This document shows, piece by piece, positions 38,535-47,918 of a stretch of 64,000 nt of DNA. Within the stretch, counting starts at the first letter, position 1. The number at the start of each line of letters is the position of its first letter. The notes beneath the pieces were generated by a model. The model was not told the origin of the DNA. It saw only the letters and a list, made by a program, of their open reading frames with translations, and made no database searches. The stretch is from an uncultured Actinomycetota bacterium (GTDB lineage Bacteria; Actinomycetota; Actinomycetes; Propionibacteriales; Nocardioidaceae): assembly GCA_963795075.1 (NCBI GenBank), contig CAWCFY010000002.1, positions 164,180 through 228,179 of the forward strand. Direction: 5' to 3'. The position numbers and the translations under genes are program-made.

Positions 38535-38960
38535 GTGCCGAGGGTGGCGGCACTCGAGGCGGACCTGCCCTTCGTGGACGAGCACACGATCACGAGCACG
38601 GCCTCGCCCGACGAGGTGTGGGTCGCGCTGCGCTCGTATGTCGACGCGCTGCTCCGCTCCGCCGAGCGGAACCCGCTCGGTCGGGTGCTCGGGACCGAGC
38701 CCCGATCCGGCTTCGAAGTGGTCCGCGCCGTCGAGCCCGAGCGCCTCGACCTGGCCGGCCGACACCGGTTCTCGCGCTACCGGCTGAGCTTCACGCTCGA
38801 CGCAGTACCGGAAGGCCGGACGCTGCTGCACGCCAGGACGTACGCCACCTTCCCCGGAGTGCGTGGTCGGGCCTACCGCGCCCTGGTGATCGGCACCGGT
38901 GCGCACGCGCTGGTGACCCGCCGGATGCTGCGGCAGGTGCGCCGCGGCCTCCCGCAGTGA
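38535..38960 (+). CDS. Hypothetical protein (SRPBCC-like?)
   Basis: 141-aa track ORF: TITSTASPDEVWVALRSYVDALL. Divergent from the TetR operon. Confidence 0.4.
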   Translation: MPRVAALEADLPFVDEHTITSTASPDEVWVALRSYVDALLRSAERNPLGRVLGTEPRSGFEVVRAVEPERLDLAGRHRFSRYRLSFTLDAVPEGRTLLHARTYATFPGVRGRAYRALVIGTGAHALVTRRMLRQVRRGLPQ

Positions 38961-38970
38961 TACTGGCTCC

Positions 38971-39276
38971 ATGAGCAGCGGAGCGGGCATGGAGTTCGAG
39001 TTCGCGGGCCCGGTGGTCGAGTGGCGGGGTCCGGCGCCGTTCTACTTCGTGCGCATCCCGGAGGAGGAGTGCGAGGACATCAAGCTCGCCGCCCAGGGCG
39101 TGGAGTACTGGGGCCAGGTGCCGGTCGTGGTCCGCGTCGGCGAGGTCGAGTTCACCACCGCGCTGTTCCCCAAGGACGGTGTTTACCTGCTCCCGCTGAA
39201 GGACGCCGTACGCCGCTCCGCCGGGATCGAGCCGGACTCGGTGGTGAGCGTGGGGCTCGACGTGGGCCGTCGGTGA
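38971..39276 (+). CDS. DUF1905-family protein
   Basis: Translation: EFEFAGPVVEWRGPAPFYFVRIPEEECEDIKLAAQGVEYWGQVPVVVRVGEVEFTTALFPKDGVYLLPLK. Confidence 0.6.
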   Translation: MSSGAGMEFEFAGPVVEWRGPAPFYFVRIPEEECEDIKLAAQGVEYWGQVPVVVRVGEVEFTTALFPKDGVYLLPLKDAVRRSAGIEPDSVVSVGLDVGRR

Positions 39277-39295
39277 GCGCTGGGTGGATCACCGG

Positions 39296-39985
39296 ATGAG
39301 CACCGAGGAGGGCGAGACCGAGGACGCCACGGTGCCGTGGGCGATGCAGGTCGTCGTCCGGGTCGAGCGCGACCCCGCGCCGCAGCACACCGCTGTTCTG
39401 ACCGCGACGGGCTCCGCGGTCGCGCTGGCGCTGGCGGCGTTCACCGGGGACGAGGCCGACGCCGAGGTCCGGGCGCGCACCGAGCGCTGGCGCTCCGGGC
39501 CGATCCGCAAGGTCGTACGCCGGGCGCGCGGCGCGGGCTGGACGCGGCAGCTCGCCGTGCCGGGCGTCTTCGTGCACGAGTCCGGTGGCGTGGCGGTGGC
39601 GGTGCACGTCCCGGGCCCGGTCGACCAGGTGCACCCGGAGATCTCCCGGCTCCAGGTCGGTGGGCTGACCCTCGAGGACGACGGGCCGACCGGTGGCGAG
39701 GCGGAGGTGGTGCTCGTGCTCAACCCGCACGTGGCCGTCACCACCGGCAAGGCCGCCGCCCAGGTCGGCCACGCGGCCCAGCTCGTCCTCGAGTCGCTGC
39801 CCCCGCAGGTCGCCGCGTCGTGGGTTGCCGCGGGGGCGTTGGTGCAGGTGCGGACCGCCTCCGAGCAGGACTGGGATCGCCTGGTGGCCGGCGCACCTGT
39901 GGTAGTCACCGACGGTGGGTTCACCGAGGTCGCTCCCGGCACGGTCACGGTGGTCGCCACCCACCCGTGGCGTGCCGAACCCTGA
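39296..39985 (+). CDS. PTH2-like (aminoacyl/peptidyl-tRNA hydrolase fold) protein
   Basis: Contains the VTTGKAAAQVGHAAQL motif. The N-terminal half was not recognised. Confidence 0.45.
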   Translation: MSTEEGETEDATVPWAMQVVVRVERDPAPQHTAVLTATGSAVALALAAFTGDEADAEVRARTERWRSGPIRKVVRRARGAGWTRQLAVPGVFVHESGGVAVAVHVPGPVDQVHPEISRLQVGGLTLEDDGPTGGEAEVVLVLNPHVAVTTGKAAAQVGHAAQLVLESLPPQVAASWVAAGALVQVRTASEQDWDRLVAGAPVVVTDGGFTEVAPGTVTVVATHPWRAEP

Positions 39986-40000
39986 GCGGCCCGGGCCGGT

Positions 40001-41122
40001 TCACCGTGTGGGGAAGTGCTGGACGATGGCGTCGTCGACGAGGTTGTGCAGCAGCTTGACCTCGACACCGCGGCTGGTGACGTCGTCGTCGCGGACCTCG
40101 GCGCTGGTGACCACGACGAGGTCGCGATCGGGGACGACCTCGACCAGCTGGCCGCCGAACCCCTCGGCATGAAACGAGTCGCTGCCCTCGACCTCGCCGG
40201 TCCACCACTGGTAGCCGTAACCGGCACCGGTCACGTCGGTGGCGACCTGTGGCTTGGTTGCCTCGGCGACCCAGCGGGAGGAGACGACCTGCTCGTCCCC
40301 CCAGCGCCCCTGCGCGAGGAAGAGCCGGCCGAGCTTCATCAGGTCACGTGGCCGGAGCTTGAGCCCGGCCCAGCCGGTGTTGACTCCTTGGGGGTCCACC
40401 AGCCAGGCGAACCCGGCGGCTGCGTGGGCCGCGAGCTGCTCGCGTCGGGGCGGTGCCGAGTACACGGTCTCGAGGGCGGGTCGGGTGTCGATGCCCAGCG
40501 GCGCGAACAACCGTGTCCGGGCGTACTCCATCGGCGACATCCCGGCTGCCTCCGTGACGATCGCGGCCAGCACGTGGGAGGCGCCGTTGGAGTAGACGAA
40601 CGGCCCGCCCGGCGGCGACTCCGGCGAGGTCACGATCGCGCGGACCCAGTCACGCGACGCCATGAAGTCGGGCACCGGCAGGTACTCCCCGGTCGGGAGG
40701 CCCGACGTCATCGTGAGGAGCTGGCGCAGCGTGGTGCCGGCCACCGCGGGCGGCATCGTGTCGGCGTACGCGGGGAGCAGCCGGCTCAGCGGCTCCTCGA
40801 CGCCGGCGATCAGCCCCTCGTCGATGGCGATGCCGACCAGGGTCGACACCACGCTCTTGGCGACCGACTGCACGTCCCAGTACGCGTCGGGACCACTGTC
40901 GTAGTACTGCTCGAGGACGATCCGCCCCCGGTGGGAGACCAGGATCGCCCGTACCTGGTCGAAGTCGGAGATCACCTCGGCCTGGTGGGTGAGCTCGTCG
41001 AGCAGGTCGGCCCGGGCCGGCGTCGCAGCCGTCGGCTCGGTCGGTTCGCCGGCGCAGGCACTCGCGACCAGGAGGGCGGCTACGCACAGCAGCACCACGC
41101 GCGCGGGTCTGGACTGCTTCAT
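40001..41122 (-). CDS. Serine hydrolase, beta-lactamase/PBP4-like family, lipoprotein
   Basis: Lipobox LLVASAC and SxxK motif (QSVAKSVVSTLVG). Confidence 0.8.
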   Translation of the reverse strand: MKQSRPARVVLLCVAALLVASACAGEPTEPTAATPARADLLDELTHQAEVISDFDQVRAILVSHRGRIVLEQYYDSGPDAYWDVQSVAKSVVSTLVGIAIDEGLIAGVEEPLSRLLPAYADTMPPAVAGTTLRQLLTMTSGLPTGEYLPVPDFMASRDWVRAIVTSPESPPGGPFVYSNGASHVLAAIVTEAAGMSPMEYARTRLFAPLGIDTRPALETVYSAPPRREQLAAHAAAGFAWLVDPQGVNTGWAGLKLRPRDLMKLGRLFLAQGRWGDEQVVSSRWVAEATKPQVATDVTGAGYGYQWWTGEVEGSDSFHAEGFGGQLVEVVPDRDLVVVTSAEVRDDDVTSRGVEVKLLHNLVDDAIVQHFPTR

Positions 41123-41190
41123 CGCGGAGCCGATCGGCCTTCAGCCGGCCCCGGTACGGCGGTCACGCGCCGCGACGGAAGGCCCGGTGG

Positions 41191-42003
41191 TCATGGTCCG
41201 AACAACCCCTCGACGTCGGGCAGCTCTTGGAACCGCGAGAACGCGCCCTGCTCGGCGATCTCGTGGGCGGACGCCAGGAAACCGTCCCAGGCGGTCCGTG
41301 CGAGGGTGCCGCCCACACTCACCCGGCGCACCCCCAGCTCCGCCGCCTCCGCGACGGTGGTGAAGGGGGCGTTGATGAGCAGGTTCACCGGGGTGGGGGC
41401 GACGGCGGAGACGATCGCGGAGACGTGGTCGAGGTCGTCGATGCGGGGCGCGTAGACGCAGTCGGCACCGGCCTCGGCGTACGCCTGCAGCCGGCGGATG
41501 GTCTCGTCGATGTCCGGTCGCCCGCAGACGAAGCCTTCCGAGCGGCCGGTCAGCACGATCCCGGTGCCGCTGTCGTCGATCGCCTGACGGGCTGCGCTGA
41601 CCCGCTCCACGGCCAGGCCGAACTCGAAGAGCGGGTCGGCCGCGTCTCCCGTGCAGTCCTCGATGGAGAGGCCGGCGATGCCGGTCTGCGTGGCGAGGGC
41701 GACGTTGGTGGCCACGCCGCCCGGGTCGACGGCGAAGCCGCCCTGGAAGTCGGCGTTCACGGGCACGTCGACCGCCTCGGCGATCACGCGCAGGTGGTCG
41801 AGCGTCTGGTCGAGGGTCACCTGGGTGTCCGCACGACCCGACGTCCAGGCCAGGCCGGCACTGGTCGTCGCCAGCGCCGGGAAACCGAGCCGTTCCAGGA
41901 TGCGCGCAGTCCCCGCGTCCCACGGGTTCGGCATCACGAAGATCCCGGAGTCGTGCAGGCGGCGGAACGTCTCGATCCGCTTCTGGGCAACGGTCATGGC
42001 CAC
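41191..42003 (-). CDS. Isocitrate lyase/PEP mutase-family protein
   Basis: Translation: FRRLHDSGIFVMPNPWDAGTARILERLGFPALATTSAG...GLSIEDC. Confidence 0.8.
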   Translation of the reverse strand: MAMTVAQKRIETFRRLHDSGIFVMPNPWDAGTARILERLGFPALATTSAGLAWTSGRADTQVTLDQTLDHLRVIAEAVDVPVNADFQGGFAVDPGGVATNVALATQTGIAGLSIEDCTGDAADPLFEFGLAVERVSAARQAIDDSGTGIVLTGRSEGFVCGRPDIDETIRRLQAYAEAGADCVYAPRIDDLDHVSAIVSAVAPTPVNLLINAPFTTVAEAAELGVRRVSVGGTLARTAWDGFLASAHEIAEQGAFSRFQELPDVEGLFGP

Positions 42004-42154
42004 CTCGAGGCTCGGCCCTCAGTCTAGGCCCGGTGGCACCGGAAAGCGCCGGTCCGACGCTGGAGGATCAGTTGGCAGGATCTGGCCACGACCAGGTGCC
42101 CGCTGGGCACAATCTGCCGTGGTTCGGCCCCGCCTCGCACGCTTGAATCGACGC

Positions 42155-44242
42155 ATGAGCCCGCGCGCCTCCCGCACGATCCGGATCGGCATCGACACGG
42201 GCGGCACCTTCACCGACGTGGTGGCCTTCGACGAGGTCTCCGGGGACGTCGTCACCACCAAGACCCCCTCGACGCCCGCCAACCCGGCCGACGGGTTCCT
42301 GGCCGGCATCGACAAGGTGCTCGAGCTGCTCGGGGCCGACGCCGGGGCGATCGACGCGGTCAGTCACGGCACCACGGTGGCCACCAACCAGCTGCTCGAG
42401 GGCAAGGTCGACCGGCTCGGGTTCGTCACCACGGCCGGCTACGAGTCGATGCTGGAGATCGCCCGCCAGTCGGTGCCCGACGGCTACGGCAACTCCTATT
42501 TCTGGGTGAAGCCCAGCCGCATCGTCCCGCGCGACCTCGTGCGGGGCGTCGGGGGGCGGCTGGACTTCACCGGGGCGGAGGTGCGCCCCTTCGACGAGGA
42601 GTCCGCCCGCGCCACCGCCCGGTGGTTCCGGGCGCAGGGCGTGACCACGCTCGGCGTCTGCTTCCTGCACGCCTACGCCAACCCCGAGCACGAGGAGCGG
42701 ATGCGCGCGGTGCTCGCCGAGGAGCACCCGGACGCCGTGGTCTCGCTGAGCAGCGAGGTGCTGCGCGAGTACCGCGAGTACGAGCGGGCGATGACCACGC
42801 TGGTCGACGCCGCCGTCAAGCCGCGGCTCTCGGCGTACGTCACCAACATCAAGACCCGCCTCGACGCCCTCGACCGGCGCGAGATCCCGTTCTACGTGAT
42901 GAAGTCCAACGGCGGCGTGCTCTCCGCCGACGAGGTCGTGCACCAGCCGATCACCACCGTGCTCTCCGGCCCCGCCGCCGGGGCGCTGGGGGCGGCGCTG
43001 ATCGCCCAGGTCGCCGGGTTCGACCGGGTGCTCACCAGTGACGGCGGCGGGACGTCGACCGACGTCTCGGTGGTCATCGACGGCGAGCCCACGCTGACCA
43101 CCGAGGGCACCGTCGGCGCGTTCCCCTCCAAGATCCCGATGATCGACGTGGTCACCGTCGGCGCCGGCGGCGGCTCGATCGCGTGGCTCTCGCCCGAGGG
43201 CACCCTCAAGGTCGGTCCGCACTCGGCCGGCGCCGACCCGGGCCCGCTCTGCTACGGCAAGGGCGGCACCGACGTCACCATCACCGACGCGCACGTCGTC
43301 CTCGGCCGGATCCCGCCGCACCTGCTGGGTGGGGAGATCCCGCTCGACGTCGACGCGGCCCGCGCCGGCGTCGAGACGCTGGCCGAGCAGCTCGGGCTCA
43401 GCCCGGAGGCCTGCGCCAGCGGCGTCCTGGAGATCTCCGCGTGGAACCAGGCCAACGCGCTGCGCCAGGTCACCGTCAAGCGCGGGCTCGACGTGCGCGA
43501 CTTCACCCTGACCACCTTCGGCGGCTCGGGCTCGCTGCTGCTGTGCCGGCTGATGGACGTGCTCGGTGTGCGCACGGTGCTGGTGCCGCCCAACCCCGGC
43601 AACGTCTCCGCCTTCGGCCTGCTGACCGTGGACGTGAAGAACGACTACGTGCGCACGCAGGTCGCCCTCGCCGAGGCGTTGTCGCCCGACGACGTGGGTG
43701 GCATCTACGCCGAGCTCACCGACCAGGCCCGGCGCGCGCTGGTCCAGGAGGGCTTCGCCGACGAGGAGCACCAGTTCGTGCGCACGGCCGACCTGCGCTA
43801 CTTCGGGCAGGCCTACGAGGTGCGGGTCGGCGTACCCGACGGTGCGGTCGACCGGGACGTGCTCACCGGGGTCGCCGACCGCTTCCACGCCGAGCACCGC
43901 GCGCTGTACGGCTACGACTTCGCCCACGACGACAGCCAGCAGGTGGAGTGGGTCAACCTGCGCGTCTCCGGCATCGGCCCGATCCAGCGGCCCGAGATCC
44001 AGCGGCACCCGCGCGCGGAGTCGCCGGCCGTCACGCCCACCGGTCACCGGAAGGTCTGCTTCGACCCCGCCGACGGGTACGCCGAGACGCCGGTGCTGTG
44101 GCGAGCCGACCTCGCGCCCGGCACCGTGCTGACCGGACCCGCCGTCGTCGAGGAGTTCGGCTCCACGGTGCCGCTGCACCCGGGCTTCACGGCGCGAGTC
44201 GACGAGTACCTCAACCTGATCGTCACCAGGAGCCAGCAGTGA
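42155..44242 (+). CDS. hyuA: Hydantoinase/oxoprolinase A subunit
   Basis: ATG at 42155. Translation: RIGIDTGGTFTDVVAFD...TSDGGGTSTDVS. Confidence 0.85.
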   Translation: MSPRASRTIRIGIDTGGTFTDVVAFDEVSGDVVTTKTPSTPANPADGFLAGIDKVLELLGADAGAIDAVSHGTTVATNQLLEGKVDRLGFVTTAGYESMLEIARQSVPDGYGNSYFWVKPSRIVPRDLVRGVGGRLDFTGAEVRPFDEESARATARWFRAQGVTTLGVCFLHAYANPEHEERMRAVLAEEHPDAVVSLSSEVLREYREYERAMTTLVDAAVKPRLSAYVTNIKTRLDALDRREIPFYVMKSNGGVLSADEVVHQPITTVLSGPAAGALGAALIAQVAGFDRVLTSDGGGTSTDVSVVIDGEPTLTTEGTVGAFPSKIPMIDVVTVGAGGGSIAWLSPEGTLKVGPHSAGADPGPLCYGKGGTDVTITDAHVVLGRIPPHLLGGEIPLDVDAARAGVETLAEQLGLSPEACASGVLEISAWNQANALRQVTVKRGLDVRDFTLTTFGGSGSLLLCRLMDVLGVRTVLVPPNPGNVSAFGLLTVDVKNDYVRTQVALAEALSPDDVGGIYAELTDQARRALVQEGFADEEHQFVRTADLRYFGQAYEVRVGVPDGAVDRDVLTGVADRFHAEHRALYGYDFAHDDSQQVEWVNLRVSGIGPIQRPEIQRHPRAESPAVTPTGHRKVCFDPADGYAETPVLWRADLAPGTVLTGPAVVEEFGSTVPLHPGFTARVDEYLNLIVTRSQQ

Positions 44243-46195
44243 CCACGACCGGCCACGACCCGACCGCCGGCGAGAGCCGCCGCGCGCCCACGCAGTTCCC
44301 GTTCGGGATGCTCACCGACGACGCGGGCGCGAGCGCCGACCCGGTGCTCGTCGAGATCGTGCAGGGCTCGCTGGCCTCGGTGGAGATGGAGGTCGAGACC
44401 GCGATCGGGCGCACCTCGCGCAGCCCGATGATCCGCGACGCCCACGACTTCCGCGCCGGCATCCACGACCGGCTGCTGCGCAAGCTCACCGGTCGCTCGT
44501 ACTCGGCGCTGGTGCACCCGGTCGCCCGCGACTTCCCGCTGGCGGAGATGGCCGAGGGCGACGTGTTCTTCCACAACGACGTCTACCGCTCCGAGGGCGG
44601 GATCGGTCACCTGCCCGACCTGTGCGTCACCGTGCCGGTCTTCGCCGGTCCCGACGACGACCGGCAGGTGGTCGCGTTCGTGCAGGCGTTCGGCCATCAC
44701 GACGACATCGGGGGAGCGGTCCCGGGATCGATGCCCTCGCACGCGACCAGCGTCTTCGAGGAGGGCCTGATGGTCCCCCCGATCCGGCTGTGGGACGCGG
44801 GCGTGCCCAACAAGGCGGCGCTGGCGATCATGACCCGCAACTCGCGGATGCCGGAGAGCCTGGCCGCCGACCTCGACGCCGAGTGCTCGGCCTGCCTGAT
44901 GGGGGCGCGCCGCCTCGGCGAGCTGTTCGACCGCTACGGCGTGGAGACCGTCGAGTCCTGCTTCGACGCGATCATCGACCGGACCACCACGACGTACCGC
45001 CGCGAGATCCTCTCCCAGATCCCCGTCGGGCAGTGGGTGTGGGAGGACTACGCCGAGCACGACGGCGTCGACGAGCCGCAGCTGCACGCCCAGCGGATCA
45101 CCCTGACCCGCACGCCCGCCGACGATCCCGACGGCGAGCGGCTCGTCCTCGACTTCGCCGGCACCAGCGCCCAGGCGAAGGGGCCGATCAACCACTGCGG
45201 CGACTACAGCGACGGCGTGTTCCTGAAGAAGTGGCTCGCGCCGATCCTGCGCAACCTCGCCGAGAGCCCCGAGCGGATGGCCGAGCTCGACGTCAACGAG
45301 GGCATCGTGCCGCTGATCGACCTGCGCTTCCCGCCGCCCGGCACGTTGCTGACGCCGGTCTTCCCGGCGCCCACCAACGCGCGGACCTTCGTGATCCTCC
45401 GGCTGCTCGGCGTGCTCGCCGGGGTTGTCGCCAAGGCCGTGGACGGGCGGATGCCGGCCGACCAGGAGACCATCCGCTACACCGGGGTGTACGGCGAGGA
45501 CCGCGAGGGCCGCCCCTACCTGATGCGTGAGGTGCTCGGCGGCGGCTCCGGCGGGCGCTACTACGCCGACGGCGAGGACACCATCCACGTGGTCCCCGAC
45601 TCGCGCAACCTGCCCAGCGAGTTCACCGAGTCGCGTTTCCCCTTCCTGGTCGAGAGCCTCGGGCTGGCGATGGACTCCGGAGGGGCTGGCAAGTTCCGCG
45701 GCGGCCTCGGCTACGAGAAGCACATCCGGATGCTCGAGGACGGCCACTTCATGTCGATCGCGGACCGGTCGATCCTGGCCTGCTGGGGGGTCAAGGGCGG
45801 GCTGGCCGGGTCGCCCTTCGAGGTGGTCATCGACCCGGACGGACCGCACGAGCGGGTCGTCGACGCCCTCGCGGACGACGAGCCCGTGCAGGCCGGTGAG
45901 GTGATCCGGATCCGCACCACCGGCGGCGGCGGGCTGGGGCAACCCGCTCGAGCGGGATCCGGCGCTCGTCGTGCGCGACGTGGTCTGGCGCAAGGTCTCC
46001 CCGGAGGCGGCGCTGACCTACTACGGCGTGGTGCTCACCGGCTCGCTCGACGACGACTCGCTCGGCTTCGACGCCGACGCGACGGCGGCCGAGCGGGAGT
46101 CGCGACCCGCGGCCTCCGCGGCGTTCTTCGACCGCGGTCCCGGCTACGCCCGGCTGGCCGGGGGAGCGGCGTACGCCGACGTGGACCTGGTGTGA
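44239..46195 (+). pseudogene. hyuB: Hydantoinase B/oxoprolinase subunit, one frame disruption near the 3' end
   Basis: GTGA start overlap. Contains DPVLVEIVQGSLASVEMEVETAIGRTSRSPMIRDAHDFRAG. The frame switches near 45932 and the C-terminus continues WGNPLERDPALVVRDVVWRKVSPEAALTYYGVVL. Confidence 0.8.
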
Positions 46196-46208
46196 GCGGG
46201 CCGGGCAG

Positions 46209-46952
46209 GTGGGTGTGAGCACGCGGGTCGCGGTCGTCGGCGGGCACGGCAAGACCGGTCGTGCGGTGGCCGACGCACTGGTGGCCCACGGCGCCGACGT
46301 GGTCACCACCGGGCGCTCCGAGCACGACGGTCCGGTGGTCCGGCTGGCGGCCGCGTTGCGCGGGTGCGACGCGGCGTACCTGATCGCGCCCAACCTGCAC
46401 CCCGACGAGCCGGCGTACGTCGCGCACGCTCTCGAGGCCGCCCGCCTCGCCGGGATCACCCGCGTCGTCCACCACTCGGTGGCCTCGCCCTACGCGCCGA
46501 CGATGCCGCACCACCTGGGCAAGGCGATCGCCGAGGACCTCGTGCGGCGCAGCGGGCTCACCTGGACGATCCTCCAGCCCGGGCCCTACCTGCAGAACCT
46601 CGACCTGACCACGACCGTGCGGCTGCCCTACCGGGCCGACGCGGTCTTCGGGTTCGTCGACCTCGCCGACGTCGGGGAGGCCGCCGCGGTGGTGCTGCTC
46701 CAGGGCGGCCACGCCGGGGCGACGTACGAGCTGGCGACGCGGAGCGCGACCGTGGCCGAGCTGGCCGCGGAGGCGGGCGTCGACGTGGTCGTCGACCGCG
46801 ACCGGGACGACCACGGGCTCACGGACCGCGAACGGGACTGGTTGGCGGCGATGTTCGCCCACTACGACGCCTACGGACTCCCGGTCGGGACGCTGCCGTT
46901 GCGCGCGCTGCTGGGACGGCCGGCGCCCTCGGTCACTAGGTTCGAGCCATGA
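46209..46952 (+). CDS. NmrA-like/SDR-type NAD(P)-binding protein
   Basis: Contains VAVVGGHGKTGRAVADAL. Confidence 0.7.
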   Translation: MGVSTRVAVVGGHGKTGRAVADALVAHGADVVTTGRSEHDGPVVRLAAALRGCDAAYLIAPNLHPDEPAYVAHALEAARLAGITRVVHHSVASPYAPTMPHHLGKAIAEDLVRRSGLTWTILQPGPYLQNLDLTTTVRLPYRADAVFGFVDLADVGEAAAVVLLQGGHAGATYELATRSATVAELAAEAGVDVVVDRDRDDHGLTDRERDWLAAMFAHYDAYGLPVGTLPLRALLGRPAPSVTRFEP

Positions 46953-47917
46953 GGGTCCTGCTCGCGCTCGGTGGCAACGCCATGACCAACGCCGAGGGAC
47001 GCGCCCGCCCCGAGGACCAGATCGCGGCCGCGCGGGTCGCCGCCGACTCGGTGGCCGACCTGATCGCCCGCGGCGACGAGGTCGTGGTCACCCACGGCAA
47101 CGGCCCCCAGGTGGGCAACCTGCTGGTCAAGAACGAGCTCGCCGCGGCCGTCGTACCCCCGGTGCCGCTGGACTGGTGCGGCGCGCAGACCCAGGCCACG
47201 CTCGGCTTCGTGCTGATGAACGCCCTCGACGCGGCCCTGCGCGAGCGCGGCGTCGACCGGCGTACGGCGACCGTGGTCACCCGCACCCGGGTCAGCGCCG
47301 ACGACCCCGGCTTCACCCGGCCGACCAAGCCGATCGGGCGCTACCTCTCCGCCGACGAGGCCGGGCTGCTCGTCGAGCACGGCGAGACCTGGGAGGACCG
47401 CGGCGAGAAGGGGTGGCGCCGCGTCGTCGCGTCACCCGAGCCACGGGAGATCCTCGACGCCGCCGCCATCGAGGCGCTGGTCGGCAGTGGGTTCACGGTG
47501 ATCGCCAACGGTGGCGGCGGGATCCCGGTCGTCGTCGAGGACGACGGCAGCCTGCGCGGCGTCGAGGCGGTCATCGACAAGGACCTCGGTGCCGGGCTGC
47601 TGGCGCGCTCCGTGGCCGCCGACGTGCTGGTGATCGCCACCGACGTGCCGCAGGCCGTGCTCCGCTTCGGCACGCCCGACGCCACCCCGGTCGGCCGGGT
47701 GAGTGTCTCCGAGCTGCGCGCCCTCGCCGCGGAGGGCCACTTCGCGAGCGGCTCGATGGGCCCGAAGGTCGACGCCGCCTGCCGGTTCGTCGAGCAGGGC
47801 GGCAGCCGCTCGGTGATCACCAGTCTCGACCACATCCTTCAGGCGGTGTCCGGCGAGGCCGGCACCGTCGTCGTACCCGACACCCACCCGTCCGACCCCA
47901 CCCGAGGAGAGCAGTGA
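46949..47917 (+). CDS. arcC: Carbamate kinase
   Basis: Translation: [12 protein letters not shown]...[15 protein letters not shown]...[13 protein letters not shown] overlap with the upstream gene. Confidence 0.9.
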   Translation: MRVLLALGGNAMTNAEGRARPEDQIAAARVAADSVADLIARGDEVVVTHGNGPQVGNLLVKNELAAAVVPPVPLDWCGAQTQATLGFVLMNALDAALRERGVDRRTATVVTRTRVSADDPGFTRPTKPIGRYLSADEAGLLVEHGETWEDRGEKGWRRVVASPEPREILDAAAIEALVGSGFTVIANGGGGIPVVVEDDGSLRGVEAVIDKDLGAGLLARSVAADVLVIATDVPQAVLRFGTPDATPVGRVSVSELRALAAEGHFASGSMGPKVDAACRFVEQGGSRSVITSLDHILQAVSGEAGTVVVPDTHPSDPTRGEQ

Positions 47918-47918
47918 C

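Noticed and set aside
1982-46195. Programmed ribosomal frameshifting as the explanation for the split genes.
   Set aside because: - The junctions lack slippery heptamers and downstream structures.
- They occur in unrelated gene families and in both shift directions.
- Indel error or pseudogenisation is far more parsimonious.
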